Part shown: positions 24,316-32,798 of the stretch, one piece after another
Layout: each line of letters begins with the position of its first letter
Position numbering within the stretch: position 1 is the first letter of the stretch
Source of the DNA: a virus
Taxonomy: Duplodnaviria > Caudoviricetes
Reading direction: 5' to 3' (one strand)
Virus record (IMG/VR): IMGVR_UViG_3300049180_000029
Location: 1 to 41,030 of that record
Length of the DNA: 41,030 nt
Notes under the pieces: model-generated
What the model saw: only the letters and a program-made list of their open reading frames with translations
Databases searched by the model: none
What the model was told of the DNA's origin: nothing
Position numbers and translations under genes: made by a program

Positions 24316-26340
24316 TTACCCTTGGCGCGGGGGTTGCTGTCTGGCCTGGTCGGCCTTCTGAGTGACGGACATGGCGTGCGTCGTCAGCTTGGTATCTTTG
24401 TCCTGCATGATCTTGATGTGATCGTTCTGCAGGTCGCCTTCGACCTTTATACGTTGCGTCTGCGCGTTGAACTCATCGACTGTCTTGTCGGCTTCGAGAG
24501 CCTGGACCTTCTGCGTGAGCTCCTGAATGGCCTGCTGACCCTGCTGGATCATCTGCTGGATCTCAGGCGGCAAGCCCTTGTTCTGCAGCGCCGGATTGAT
24601 CGACTTCAGCCGCTCGGCAATCTCGTCGGCGCCAGGCCAATCGAGATTCATAGCCAGGATATCGCCGATGACGGGAGCGGCGGCCGGGAATGCCCTGACG
24701 AACTCTGTCATCTGCATGGCGGCCTCTTCGCGGCGTGTCGTGAAGCTCGGGCCGCTTGTCACGGTCAGATCATACTTGCCGGCGGTCAGGTCGTGCAGCG
24801 CCATGACAGGCTGGCCATCGTCGTCGACTTCCGGCTTTCCGTCCTTGCCCATGACAGGCGAAGGCTGGCCGCTGTTGACGTTGATAGACTTCTGCGAGCC
24901 ATCCTCACCGAGGACGCGGATCACACGCTCATCGCTATAAACCTTCGGGATGAGATCGATCAGGATACGGCCTGTGTGCCTGATGGCGCGCGACAGGTTG
25001 TCGATGAAGTGGAACGTCGCAACATCCCCTTCCCTCTGGCGGGCCATGATGGCTTTGCCGCTGGTCTCGTTCGATCGAGCTCCAAGCGATGCATCATAGA
25101 TGCCGATGATAGCCTTCATATCGTCGGAGGCGTTGAGTGCTTCCTGAAGCGCACCGGCGGCAGGCCCGACATCGAGCGGCTGACGCTGTGGCGCCTCGGT
25201 GTCATACTCCAGATACGAATGGCTCGTCGTGTTGGCAGTTGCCCAGCGATCGGCATCTGATGCGAACGTGCCGGCACGGCCAATCCACGGAACGCGAGGC
25301 GCGAGAGCTACGAGCTCTGTGGACGTCGTGCGCCAATAGTTGAACATCCGCTGCGCATCCTTGGCGCTGTGGATGAGCGAACGGAGATACCGCTTGCCCT
25401 CAACGATGATCTCGTCACCGTAGACAGGGATAATCGGGATGTAGCGACCGGGCCAATCGTTCTTTTCGAGGATATCGGCGCCGCTCATGATGACCTGTGT
25501 CACCTTGTGCGACTTCGTTGTGCGTGAACCGACGATCTTGAGAACGCCAGCAGCGACAGCTGCCTGCAGATCCTGATCGGCCTCAAACTCTGCCTTGTTG
25601 TAGACATAGCCATTGGAGCACTTGACAATCTCGCGGGTGACTTCCTCACGACGCCACCATTCGGCGACCATGACCGTCTCGTCATCGAGCCAGATGCCGG
25701 CTTCGCTCCACGCATCGCTTTCGAAGTCCGTTGCTACCGGATTACCCTTGGCATTCGTCTTGCCTTCGTACTTGGCTTCGAAATCGGCCTTGCGCATCGG
25801 CTCGACGACAAAGGCGACGTTCCAGTCGGAGGAGTCGGCGCACATGCTGTCAGGATCGCCGTAGACCGCGAACTGGTTGGCAACGCGCTCGATGGACAGA
25901 TCCATGTCGAACGTGTCGTCATAGGCGTAGTCCATGCCAACGCGCCAGTAGCCGAAGCCTCCGGCGACACTCGCCTCGATCGCGGTATCATAAGCGACAT
26001 CAGCGTTTGACGTGTATTCGATGTTGCGGATCAGCCCGTTGATGACCTCTGCCGTCTTCGGGTCCGCTCCACTGTCGACCGGGTGAACCTTGATCGATGG
26101 CTTGTTCTGGCGCGCATCGTTCACGACCTGGCGGATGAAGGCAGGCAGCTTGTTGATCGTCAGGCACGGGCGCTGTTCGGTCGCACGCTGCTTTACGATC
26201 GTCTCCGGCCATTGCTCCTCGAGGCGAGAGAACTTGATGTCATCCAGCGCGCAGAGACGGTTTTCCTTCTCGGCTTCCTGGCAGCGCTCGAAAGCGGTTC
26301 GGCCTTGGGCGAGGAGATCTTCGGTCTTATCTTCGGCCAT
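24316..26340 (-). CDS. portal protein (P22-like); start 26340
   Basis: QWP..RPCLTINKL; IPIIPVYG; AKDAQRMFNYW; SNETSGKAIMARQ; GKYDLTVTSGPSFTTRR. Confidence 0.93.
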   Translation of the reverse strand: MAEDKTEDLLAQGRTAFERCQEAEKENRLCALDDIKFSRLEEQWPETIVKQRATEQRPCLTINKLPAFIRQVVNDARQNKPSIKVHPVDSGADPKTAEVINGLIRNIEYTSNADVAYDTAIEASVAGGFGYWRVGMDYAYDDTFDMDLSIERVANQFAVYGDPDSMCADSSDWNVAFVVEPMRKADFEAKYEGKTNAKGNPVATDFESDAWSEAGIWLDDETVMVAEWWRREEVTREIVKCSNGYVYNKAEFEADQDLQAAVAAGVLKIVGSRTTKSHKVTQVIMSGADILEKNDWPGRYIPIIPVYGDEIIVEGKRYLRSLIHSAKDAQRMFNYWRTTSTELVALAPRVPWIGRAGTFASDADRWATANTTSHSYLEYDTEAPQRQPLDVGPAAGALQEALNASDDMKAIIGIYDASLGARSNETSGKAIMARQREGDVATFHFIDNLSRAIRHTGRILIDLIPKVYSDERVIRVLGEDGSQKSINVNSGQPSPVMGKDGKPEVDDDGQPVMALHDLTAGKYDLTVTSGPSFTTRREEAAMQMTEFVRAFPAAAPVIGDILAMNLDWPGADEIAERLKSINPALQNKGLPPEIQQMIQQGQQAIQELTQKVQALEADKTVDEFNAQTQRIKVEGDLQNDHIKIMQDKDTKLTTHAMSVTQKADQARQQPPRQG

Positions 26341-27647
26341 CAGCCCATCCATGCCCCAGCGCCTGCGTTGCGCGCATCGTGCTTTTTCTTTGCCATCGGC
26401 TCTTCGTAAGCCACGCACATCAGCCCGAAGGCGTCAGCGCTGTGTGAAGACCAGTCATGATCAGGTCCAAGGCCAATTCCGCGGTCGGCGTCTTTCTTTT
26501 CGTGATACCAGCCGAGCGCATCACGCCCGCCCTCAGTCGTACCGGCGTTGAACCATATGGAAGGGAACAACCGGCGCGCTGCCTCGATGCGGAGCTTTGC
26601 GGCGCCTTTCCCCTGGTTGGGGATGACTGTCACCGTGAAGCCGGCCGACCTGAACCCGCTTTCGAATGAAACATCATGGATGCGATCGTTGGTCTCGCCA
26701 TCATGGGGCAGCCATACATCACACTTCTCAGGGCGATAGCCATGCGACTGAAGCCATTCGATGTGGGTTGCCAGGGGTTGGCCTTGCGCCTCATAATGAT
26801 CGAGTACGCGGATCTCCTTGCCAATGAACTGCGCTATCCAGATCGAGAAGGCATCAGCCTTTGCGCCCGTCCCGCCCAGATCGCAGAAAGCACGCAATCT
26901 CATATAGGGGTCGGCAGCAACATTGCTGATCCTGCCTTGCGCCTTCGCCGTGGTCAGCGAGCTCGCAAAGTAGGCTCCTTCGACAACCGTCACGAAATCG
27001 CCTTCCCAGATATGATCGTAACTGTCTGGACGTTCGCTCTTGTCCTTGAGCCGCGTTCTCTCCAAGATGGACGGGAACCAAGGATTATCGCGCCAGTTGA
27101 GCTCAACAACTTTCATTCGGTTGTCGTTCGCTTCCCTGAAGCGGCGATGCGTAGCACTGGTCTTTCGCTCAGGGTTCCATGTTACCCAAAGCTCGCTGTC
27201 TTCCTCGCGAAGCGTCGGGATGAGCACCTGCCAGGAATATTCGACCACCGGCTCCGCTTCATCGACCCAGCAAAGAAGAATGCGAGCTCTTGATTTGACG
27301 CTCGAAATGTTTCGATCAAGTCCAGCGAACGTGTAGGAGATCCGACCGCTCTTGGTTCGGATATACTTTTCGCCAATCTCGAAGTGCTCGACAAGCCAAG
27401 GCTCCGAACGAATAGCGGCCTTCACCTCTTCCAGCGAAGAATCAGCCAGTGAGTTCATGAACTGGCGGCAACAGAGGATTTGTCCCTCTCGGCCTGCCAT
27501 GTCCCACATGTAAGCGCGAACCGCAGTCATCTTGGCGAAGGTTCTGGTTTTGGCCGAACCTCGCCCACCGAACGCTCCCCTAATATCAGCTTCACCGGCA
27601 AACACCGGTATCAGCTTCGGGGGCAGTTCAATCCTTGCTGTCGTCAT
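26340..27647 (-). CDS. terL: terminase large subunit (PBSX-type)
   Basis: Walker A GGRGSAKT; Walker B CWVDEAE; TWNP; nuclease DLG and HDWSSHSADAF. Confidence 0.95.
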   Translation of the reverse strand: MTTARIELPPKLIPVFAGEADIRGAFGGRGSAKTRTFAKMTAVRAYMWDMAGREGQILCCRQFMNSLADSSLEEVKAAIRSEPWLVEHFEIGEKYIRTKSGRISYTFAGLDRNISSVKSRARILLCWVDEAEPVVEYSWQVLIPTLREEDSELWVTWNPERKTSATHRRFREANDNRMKVVELNWRDNPWFPSILERTRLKDKSERPDSYDHIWEGDFVTVVEGAYFASSLTTAKAQGRISNVAADPYMRLRAFCDLGGTGAKADAFSIWIAQFIGKEIRVLDHYEAQGQPLATHIEWLQSHGYRPEKCDVWLPHDGETNDRIHDVSFESGFRSAGFTVTVIPNQGKGAAKLRIEAARRLFPSIWFNAGTTEGGRDALGWYHEKKDADRGIGLGPDHDWSSHSADAFGLMCVAYEEPMAKKKHDARNAGAGAWMG

Positions 27648-27936
27648 GGCCAGGTGCGACGAGAATAATCCTCTGAACGATATTTACCGGATCGTCGTCT
27701 TCACCCCCGCCGACAACGCCTTGCGGAACCTTTCCATCGAGACGGTCGGCAAGCTCTCTGATGGCAGGCACATCGCCTTGCATGAGGAGCTGACGAGCGT
27801 TCCAGCGAAGCGAGCCGCGAGGGGCCAAGCACTCTTCGCCGCGCTCTGCTGAAAGAGCCTCGATCATGAGGGCATCTTTGAATGGCTTTGTCTTCGGCCG
27901 GCCGCCAGGATTTCCGCTTTTGCCGCTCTCGAACAT
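27628..27936 (-). CDS. terS: terminase small subunit
   Basis: FESGKSGNPGGRPK; AIRELADRLDGKVPQ; directly upstream of terL. Confidence 0.8.
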   Translation of the reverse strand: MFESGKSGNPGGRPKTKPFKDALMIEALSAERGEECLAPRGSLRWNARQLLMQGDVPAIRELADRLDGKVPQGVVGGGEDDDPVNIVQRIILVAPGHDDSKD

Positions 27937-28019
27937 CAGATTTTGTTCTCAACGGATATGTTGTTGATTTGCATGGTCAAGCTCCACTCCCTTTCGGGTC
28001 TGGTGGAAATGTAATTGTG

Positions 28020-28286
28020 TTACGCGTCGATGCTGGCGCAGGAACTGGAGCAAGCCGTCACGCGACGGACGACATACGGGATGATGTAGCCGGCAGGCAG
28101 ACCTGTGAACGAGATCGTTGAAGCGGTGAGATTGTCCGCGGGGACAATCGTGATGTCACCAGTGGCGAGCATGACGACACCCTTGGCGACTGGGTCAAGA
28201 TCCGCGGCGGCCGGCGTGATAGTTGCGCCTTTGCGGCCGAAGCTGGAAGCAGTCTTGCTGCCGCCGTTCCATTCGGGACTTGCCAT
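28020..28286 (-). CDS. head-spike base protein (RcGTA Rcc01079-like)
   Basis: ITPAAADL...KGVVMLATGDITIV ... ISFTGLPAGYIIPYVVRRV pattern; AGGAG RBS. Confidence 0.7.
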   Translation of the reverse strand: MASPEWNGGSKTASSFGRKGATITPAAADLDPVAKGVVMLATGDITIVPADNLTASTISFTGLPAGYIIPYVVRRVTACSSSCASIDA

Positions 28287-28310
28287 TTGGATTTCTCCTG
28301 AAGTTCGAGA

Positions 28311-28502
28311 TCAGACGGACACGCCGATGAGGGGCAGTGCGCGCATGAGAAGGATGAGGACCGCGACGAGGATGATCAGAACCTTGGCGATCTGTTTGAA
28401 GCGGCCGTCCATTGGAATTAGGTCGATCAGCATGTTGACGAGGAAGACGACGATGCCGAGGACGATGATCAGGATGATGAGAGCGATGAGGCTTTCGACC
28501 AT
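28311..28502 (-). CDS. small two-TM membrane protein (Thivi_2564-like)
   Basis: Very hydrophobic; LIDLIPMDGRFKQIAKVL; AGGAG RBS. Confidence 0.75.
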   Translation of the reverse strand: MVESLIALIILIIVLGIVVFLVNMLIDLIPMDGRFKQIAKVLIILVAVLILLMRALPLIGVSV

Positions 28503-28563
28503 GGGATTCTCTCCTGATGTGGAATATTAATTCTTACCAGCCGGTATGTTGGCGTAGAATTTT

Positions 28564-28695
28564 CTACTGCTTGAGCCGAACATGGTTGATTCGGCAGTGC
28601 CTGAACGAGACGTTCAGAGTGTCAGCCTCCTCATCGTGGATGAGTTCGGCTTGCTTGGTCTGCGGATTGAGGATGAAAATGCACTGCGGGCTCAC
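28564..28695 (-). CDS. hypothetical 43-aa protein (not in ORF track)
   Basis: GTGA-coupled to the upstream ORF; GGAG upstream. Confidence 0.4.
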   Translation of the reverse strand: MSPQCIFILNPQTKQAELIHDEEADTLNVSFRHCRINHVRLKQ

Positions 28696-28826
28696 AGCGC
28701 TCTCCAAACGTTCTCACCCATCGGCTGGGGCCTGGCACACGACGACAGCCAAGCAGCCATACCAAACGCAGCAACCACGATGGCGAGCCAGAGGATTCCG
28801 CGGCGATAGCGGTTCCAGAAGGTCAT
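28692..28826 (-). CDS. 44-aa predicted lipoprotein (not in ORF track)
   Basis: MTFWNRYRRGILWLAIVVAAFGMAAWLSSC lipobox; ATGA-coupled. Confidence 0.55.
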   Translation of the reverse strand: MTFWNRYRRGILWLAIVVAAFGMAAWLSSCARPQPMGENVWRAL

Positions 28827-29011
28827 GTGCGGGTAACGGCTTTGACGGCCCACATTGCCGACGTTTCCGCATTGGTGAGAGCAATAGACATCTCTCGCGA
28901 AGGCTCATGGGACTTGAGGAGGTCGATGTACGCCTGAGCGGCGTTGCGAATGTCCTGAATGGCTTCCGCCTGCTCGATGGACGGCTGAACGCTGTCAGTC
29001 TCTTTGATCAT
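28823..29011 (-). CDS. Acb2/Tad1-like helical-hairpin protein (62 aa)
   Basis: IQDIRNAA...PSREMSIALTNAETSAMWAVKAV; GAGG RBS. Confidence 0.65.
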   Translation of the reverse strand: MIKETDSVQPSIEQAEAIQDIRNAAQAYIDLLKSHEPSREMSIALTNAETSAMWAVKAVTRT

Positions 29012-29036
29012 CTTACTACCTCGGAATATGCAGGGA

Positions 29037-29249
29037 TCAGGCGAGAAGCGCTTTGAACCGCTTGACATACGAGTCAAGCTCAGCTCCAGCGTCTGCCGCG
29101 TCGACAAACTCCTGCGCTGCTGTCTTGAACTCGTCGAGAAGGGAGAGTTTGACGGGTGTAGGCGATGCCGTCACTTGGCCGTACAGGGCTTCGTTGGACA
29201 CGTCCATAGGGCGTGCCTTGTTGGTGACGAGCGCGAAATCATCTCGCAT
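29037..29249 (-). CDS. hypothetical protein (70 aa)
   Basis: Likely start MRDDF directly after the upstream stop codon. Confidence 0.55.
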   Translation of the reverse strand: MRDDFALVTNKARPMDVSNEALYGQVTASPTPVKLSLLDEFKTAAQEFVDAADAGAELDSYVKRFKALLA

Positions 29250-29250
29250 G

Positions 29251-29475
29251 TCAGCAGGTCTTTTGCATGCGAATGGGCTGTAGCGCACCAGTCTCGCCGC
29301 TGAATGGCCAGCTCCCCGGGTTAGGCGGGAAGAAAGGACGAGCAACCATCTCTCCGCCGAGGATCTGCATCTTGCGAGAAACGCGGCCGATACGGCAATG
29401 GCGATAGAGGACGTTGAGCCTGTTCTCGAAGCGGCGTTCGCGTTCGCGCTCATCAACGATCACAGTGTAGCTCAT
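29251..29475 (-). CDS. hypothetical protein (74 aa), first gene of the late operon
   Basis: CAGGAG RBS. Confidence 0.55.
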   Translation of the reverse strand: MSYTVIVDERERERRFENRLNVLYRHCRIGRVSRKMQILGGEMVARPFFPPNPGSWPFSGETGALQPIRMQKTC

Positions 29476-29754
29476 CTCGCTCTCCTGAATCGATGTAGCC
29501 CGCCACTGTGAGCGACGGGCTATGGGATGGTGGTGATGGGTACGGGAAGCTAAGGGAGCGCATTTGCAAGCCTTCTTCGGCGCTCACAACCATCATACAG
29601 CCTTACGCCGCTCCACGCCCAGGCTTCCGCCTTCCCGATCTTGTTGAGGCAATTGCCTCGAATGGCTTTGGAAGAATGGCAGAGGTCAGCGTTCCTCTTT
29701 ATCGTGCCAGACATCTAGCTGAATGTGGCTGGCCATTCATTCCAAATCGTGGCC

Positions 29755-30408
29755 TCATCTGGAGGCGCAAATCGCATTATATGATTTACCAACACTGATA
29801 ACTGATTTGGTATCTTGTCGCAAGTCCTTCCGCTTGGCGATTGCGTCTAATCCCCTGCGAAGCCACAGCAATTGCTGCGAACCCATTCCGCGAAGATGCT
29901 CGTAATCAAGAACCACCAGGTTATATGTCAGCGCTCGCACCTGCGGGCCATCGACGCATTGGAGCAGGATGCGTTCCATCTCCATGTTCGCATTGGTCGC
30001 CCGACGAGCTCGAACGGTGATGCTTTCCGTCACGTCTCCGTCATGGCCTTTGATGCTGAAGAGCGATTGAGCGCGGACGCTGGGCGCCGGCAGACCGACG
30101 AGACGCCGATAGCGAGCATGGATCTCCGCATATTCGTCCCCGGCCTTCAACTGGTCCTCGGTGATCAGCCCGTCGAGGCGCATTCGCCCCAGCGTGTAGC
30201 CCGCCAGCTGGCCGCGCACCGTGTCGTCGGTGACCTTCTCGCCCCAGCCGTCGATGCGCCGCCTTGCCTCGATGGCCACACTCATAGCCTCGCGCGCCGT
30301 TTCCGATCGCTTGATGTCGCCGCTAGGGTAACGCTCGCCCTCTTTGCGGGGACGGCCTGCGCCGTTGTTGGTCCGCTTTACCTTGATCTTGGATGCCTTG
30401 CCGCCCAT
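29755..30408 (-). CDS. putative late transcription regulator (Q position)
   Basis: Basic N-terminus GRPRK; LGRMRLDGLIT..QLKAG; LRRGLDAIA; last early gene before the late leader. Confidence 0.55.
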   Translation of the reverse strand: MGGKASKIKVKRTNNGAGRPRKEGERYPSGDIKRSETAREAMSVAIEARRRIDGWGEKVTDDTVRGQLAGYTLGRMRLDGLITEDQLKAGDEYAEIHARYRRLVGLPAPSVRAQSLFSIKGHDGDVTESITVRARRATNANMEMERILLQCVDGPQVRALTYNLVVLDYEHLRGMGSQQLLWLRRGLDAIAKRKDLRQDTKSVISVGKSYNAICASR

Positions 30409-30422
30409 GGTTTTGGTCCTCG

Positions 30423-30635
30423 CTACGTGATGATGTGATGCCGCAGTGCCTGAGCGACCAATGCCGTATCTTTGAAGACGCCGAACTTGTCCTTGGCGTT
30501 TCTGATATGCTGGTTGACGGTGATGTAGGAGATGGTGAGAATGGTGCCGATCTCGGAAGCCGTCTTGCCTTCTGCCATCCAGTGAAGGACTTCCATTTCT
30601 CTCGGCGTGACGTGGATATCGGGGGAGACGCTCAT
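30423..30635 (-). CDS. stand-alone LuxR-type HTH protein
   Basis: TPREMEVLHWMAEGKTASEIGTILTIS..TV..HIRNAKDKFG. Confidence 0.9.
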   Translation of the reverse strand: MSVSPDIHVTPREMEVLHWMAEGKTASEIGTILTISYITVNQHIRNAKDKFGVFKDTALVAQALRHHIIT

Positions 30636-31093
30636 AGCTCGCCTCTTGCCTTCAGGATCTCCACCCGGCGCATCGAGGCAATTACGGTCGTATGGTCGAG
30701 ATTACCGAAGAGCTTGCCGATTTTCGGATAGCTGAGATTGAACTTGTGGCGCAGTTCCCACATGATGACTTGCCGAGGGCGGACGAACACACGTCGCCGG
30801 CATGGAACTATGATTGCCTCATAGGCAACGCCGAAATCCCTGCACCGATCTTGGATGTAGACGATATGCGGGCTGCAGGCGAGGTTGCGAAGGCGATTGT
30901 GGTAGTGCATGACGTGGTGATCAAACTGGACCTCCTCGCGCTTCCACAGAGGCCTCCTGACATAGACGATCTTGACCAATGGCGGCATGACTTCAACCGG
31001 CGCCACCGCCTTCGGCTTACTGAACCAAAGCTTTTCCCGGATCGCCATGTAATGGGTATGCTGCTCTCTCAACGCTGATACGTGGATACTCAC
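30632..31093 (-). CDS. protein with DnaA C-terminal (domain IV-like) HTH
   Basis: RPRQVIMWEL...LSYPKIGKLFG.LDHTTVI. Confidence 0.85.
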   Translation of the reverse strand: MSIHVSALREQHTHYMAIREKLWFSKPKAVAPVEVMPPLVKIVYVRRPLWKREEVQFDHHVMHYHNRLRNLACSPHIVYIQDRCRDFGVAYEAIIVPCRRRVFVRPRQVIMWELRHKFNLSYPKIGKLFGNLDHTTVIASMRRVEILKARGEL

Positions 31094-31536
31094 TCTGCAG
31101 CCTCCTGTTTGTCATCTTTTGCCGCACTGGCGATGATCGGGTTGTCGGGAAACATCGCTGCAAGCTTCTTGCGAGCGCTCAGGCTGCCGTTGGTGGCGTC
31201 CTTGAGCAGCTTTAGCTTCTCGGCTGAGACCTTCGGCTGCTCGACTTCGGGTTTGGCCTCGATGCGTGGCCGGCGCTCTGCGGCGATCGACATCTGCTGG
31301 AACCGGCATTCCTCGGCAAACTCTGCGCAGCTCGGGGCGAAGGCGTTGTTATGGCCCGCCACCTCTCCCCGCATGAACCGGCTGGCGGCGCGCGCCAGTG
31401 CTTCTGGCTCTATGCCGCCAGATGCCATGAGATAAGCGCGGATCGCCATATCGGGATCAGTGCCTGCCGATGCTGGGAAGCCCGAAAGCATCGCCGCGAT
31501 AATCGTTGCTGGTGAGGAAGTCGCGCGCTGCGTCAC
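31090..31536 (-). CDS. putative replication accessory (helicase-loader position)
   Basis: AYL...EALARAASRFMRGEV...FAPSCAEF; follows the O-like gene; start uncertain. Confidence 0.55.
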   Translation of the reverse strand: MTQRATSSPATIIAAMLSGFPASAGTDPDMAIRAYLMASGGIEPEALARAASRFMRGEVAGHNNAFAPSCAEFAEECRFQQMSIAAERRPRIEAKPEVEQPKVSAEKLKLLKDATNGSLSARKKLAAMFPDNPIIASAAKDDKQEAAE

Positions 31537-31795
31537 TGATCGTTCTCCGTCCAGTTTTGCTTTGAATTGGTTGTGGCTCGTCGCTCCACCGTTCCTGGTT
31601 CAACCATGTGGTCGGGTGCGGGATGAACTGCTGTTCCTTGCTGGCGTAGTAGGAAAGCTGGCGATGAAGGCCGGTCATGATGCCGTCGAAGCTTTCGAGC
31701 TTCAGGGCCTTCTCGAATGATTTGCGGGCGGCTCCCTTGCCGATGCGTCTGGGATAGGTGCGCCAGAATGTTTCGAATTGGTCTTCTCGTGTCAT
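31457..31795 (-). CDS. replication initiator C-terminal-type domain only (112 aa)
   Basis: FETFWRTYPRRIGKGAARKSF ... IPHPTTWLNQERWSDE; GAGGTGG RBS. Confidence 0.75.
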   Translation of the reverse strand: MTREDQFETFWRTYPRRIGKGAARKSFEKALKLESFDGIMTGLHRQLSYYASKEQQFIPHPTTWLNQERWSDEPQPIQSKTGRRTISDAARDFLTSNDYRGDAFGLPSIGRH

Positions 31796-32439
31796 GCTGC
31801 TTCCACCTCGTTGTAGGCTGCGTAGTCTTCGGCGCGTTCAAGCTTCTTGCGGCACGGCGGAATCCAGACCAGCCGCGTCCCGTCCTCCCCATCAATCCAC
31901 ACCAACCAGCAATAGGAGGTGGCGGTCGATCCGGTCGCGGTGAGCCTGCCTTTGACCATCGGCACGCGCTCGGAGAACTGAGCGACGATCGAGGGAGGAT
32001 TTTTGCTGAAGAGGTCTCGGAATCGGCCCACGCCCTCAAGGAATGAAGTGCGGACAATCATCGCAAAGCCTTCGGTCGCCACTTCGGATGCCCGAGCAAT
32101 GAACTGCTCTGCCAAACGGAAAGGCGGGTTGCTGATGATCCAGTCGGGCGATTCCGATAGCGGCATCACCGGGAAGAGGAAATCGTGCTGGAAGCTGCCA
32201 GGCGTGCCATAGTCGTGGATATCTGAGGTCCACACCGCGCCGAAGTATTCCAAGAGCGGCTTCGACATATGGCCGCGATTGCAGGCTGGCTCCCATGCCG
32301 TCTTGCCGGTGAGATAGCAGCCCTTCAGCACATGCTCGCATAGAGCGCGGGTTGCCCAGGGCTGCGTGGGAAAATCGTCAAGGCTATCATGAGGCTCAGA
32401 GCGTTGCTGCATGACGGCAGAAGATGTGTTCTGGCTCAT
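31792..32439 (-). CDS. DNA amino-methyltransferase (N6A/N4C)
   Basis: DDFPTQPW; WEPACNRG (SAM binding); WIISNPPF; GAGGA RBS. Confidence 0.85.
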   Translation of the reverse strand: MSQNTSSAVMQQRSEPHDSLDDFPTQPWATRALCEHVLKGCYLTGKTAWEPACNRGHMSKPLLEYFGAVWTSDIHDYGTPGSFQHDFLFPVMPLSESPDWIISNPPFRLAEQFIARASEVATEGFAMIVRTSFLEGVGRFRDLFSKNPPSIVAQFSERVPMVKGRLTATGSTATSYCWLVWIDGEDGTRLVWIPPCRKKLERAEDYAAYNEVEAA

Positions 32440-32798
32440 GCTGCGAGATCCTCTTCCGCTGTCTGGATTAAAACGACGCAAGGTGCTGGGAGACCGGTGC
32501 CCCATGTCATGGTGAGCCGCTGGCAATAACGATCGTCCTTGACGACGCCATGCATGACGAGCAAATCCGAAACAGCCTTCTCCAAGTTCCCTAGGTCACG
32601 CCCGCGCTTGTCAGGGGCTTCGAGGCAGATAGACAGGCTGTAGGGGGCCAAGTGCTGCCGGTGGCTCTCCTTGATCACCGTAGAGGCCAGCTTGATCCAG
32701 TCCTCATAGGCTTTGGTCTTGTGGCGGCCTCGGTTGACGCCGCCATTGCCGTAGAGAGTGTTTACCGTTGGGGGGAACGGGAGGTGAAGCCGGATCAT
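32436..32798 (-). CDS. rusA: RusA-family Holliday junction resolvase
   Basis: LPFPPTVN; RDLGNLEKAVSDLL..GVVKDD. Confidence 0.88.
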   Translation of the reverse strand: MIRLHLPFPPTVNTLYGNGGVNRGRHKTKAYEDWIKLASTVIKESHRQHLAPYSLSICLEAPDKRGRDLGNLEKAVSDLLVMHGVVKDDRYCQRLTMTWGTGLPAPCVVLIQTAEEDLAA

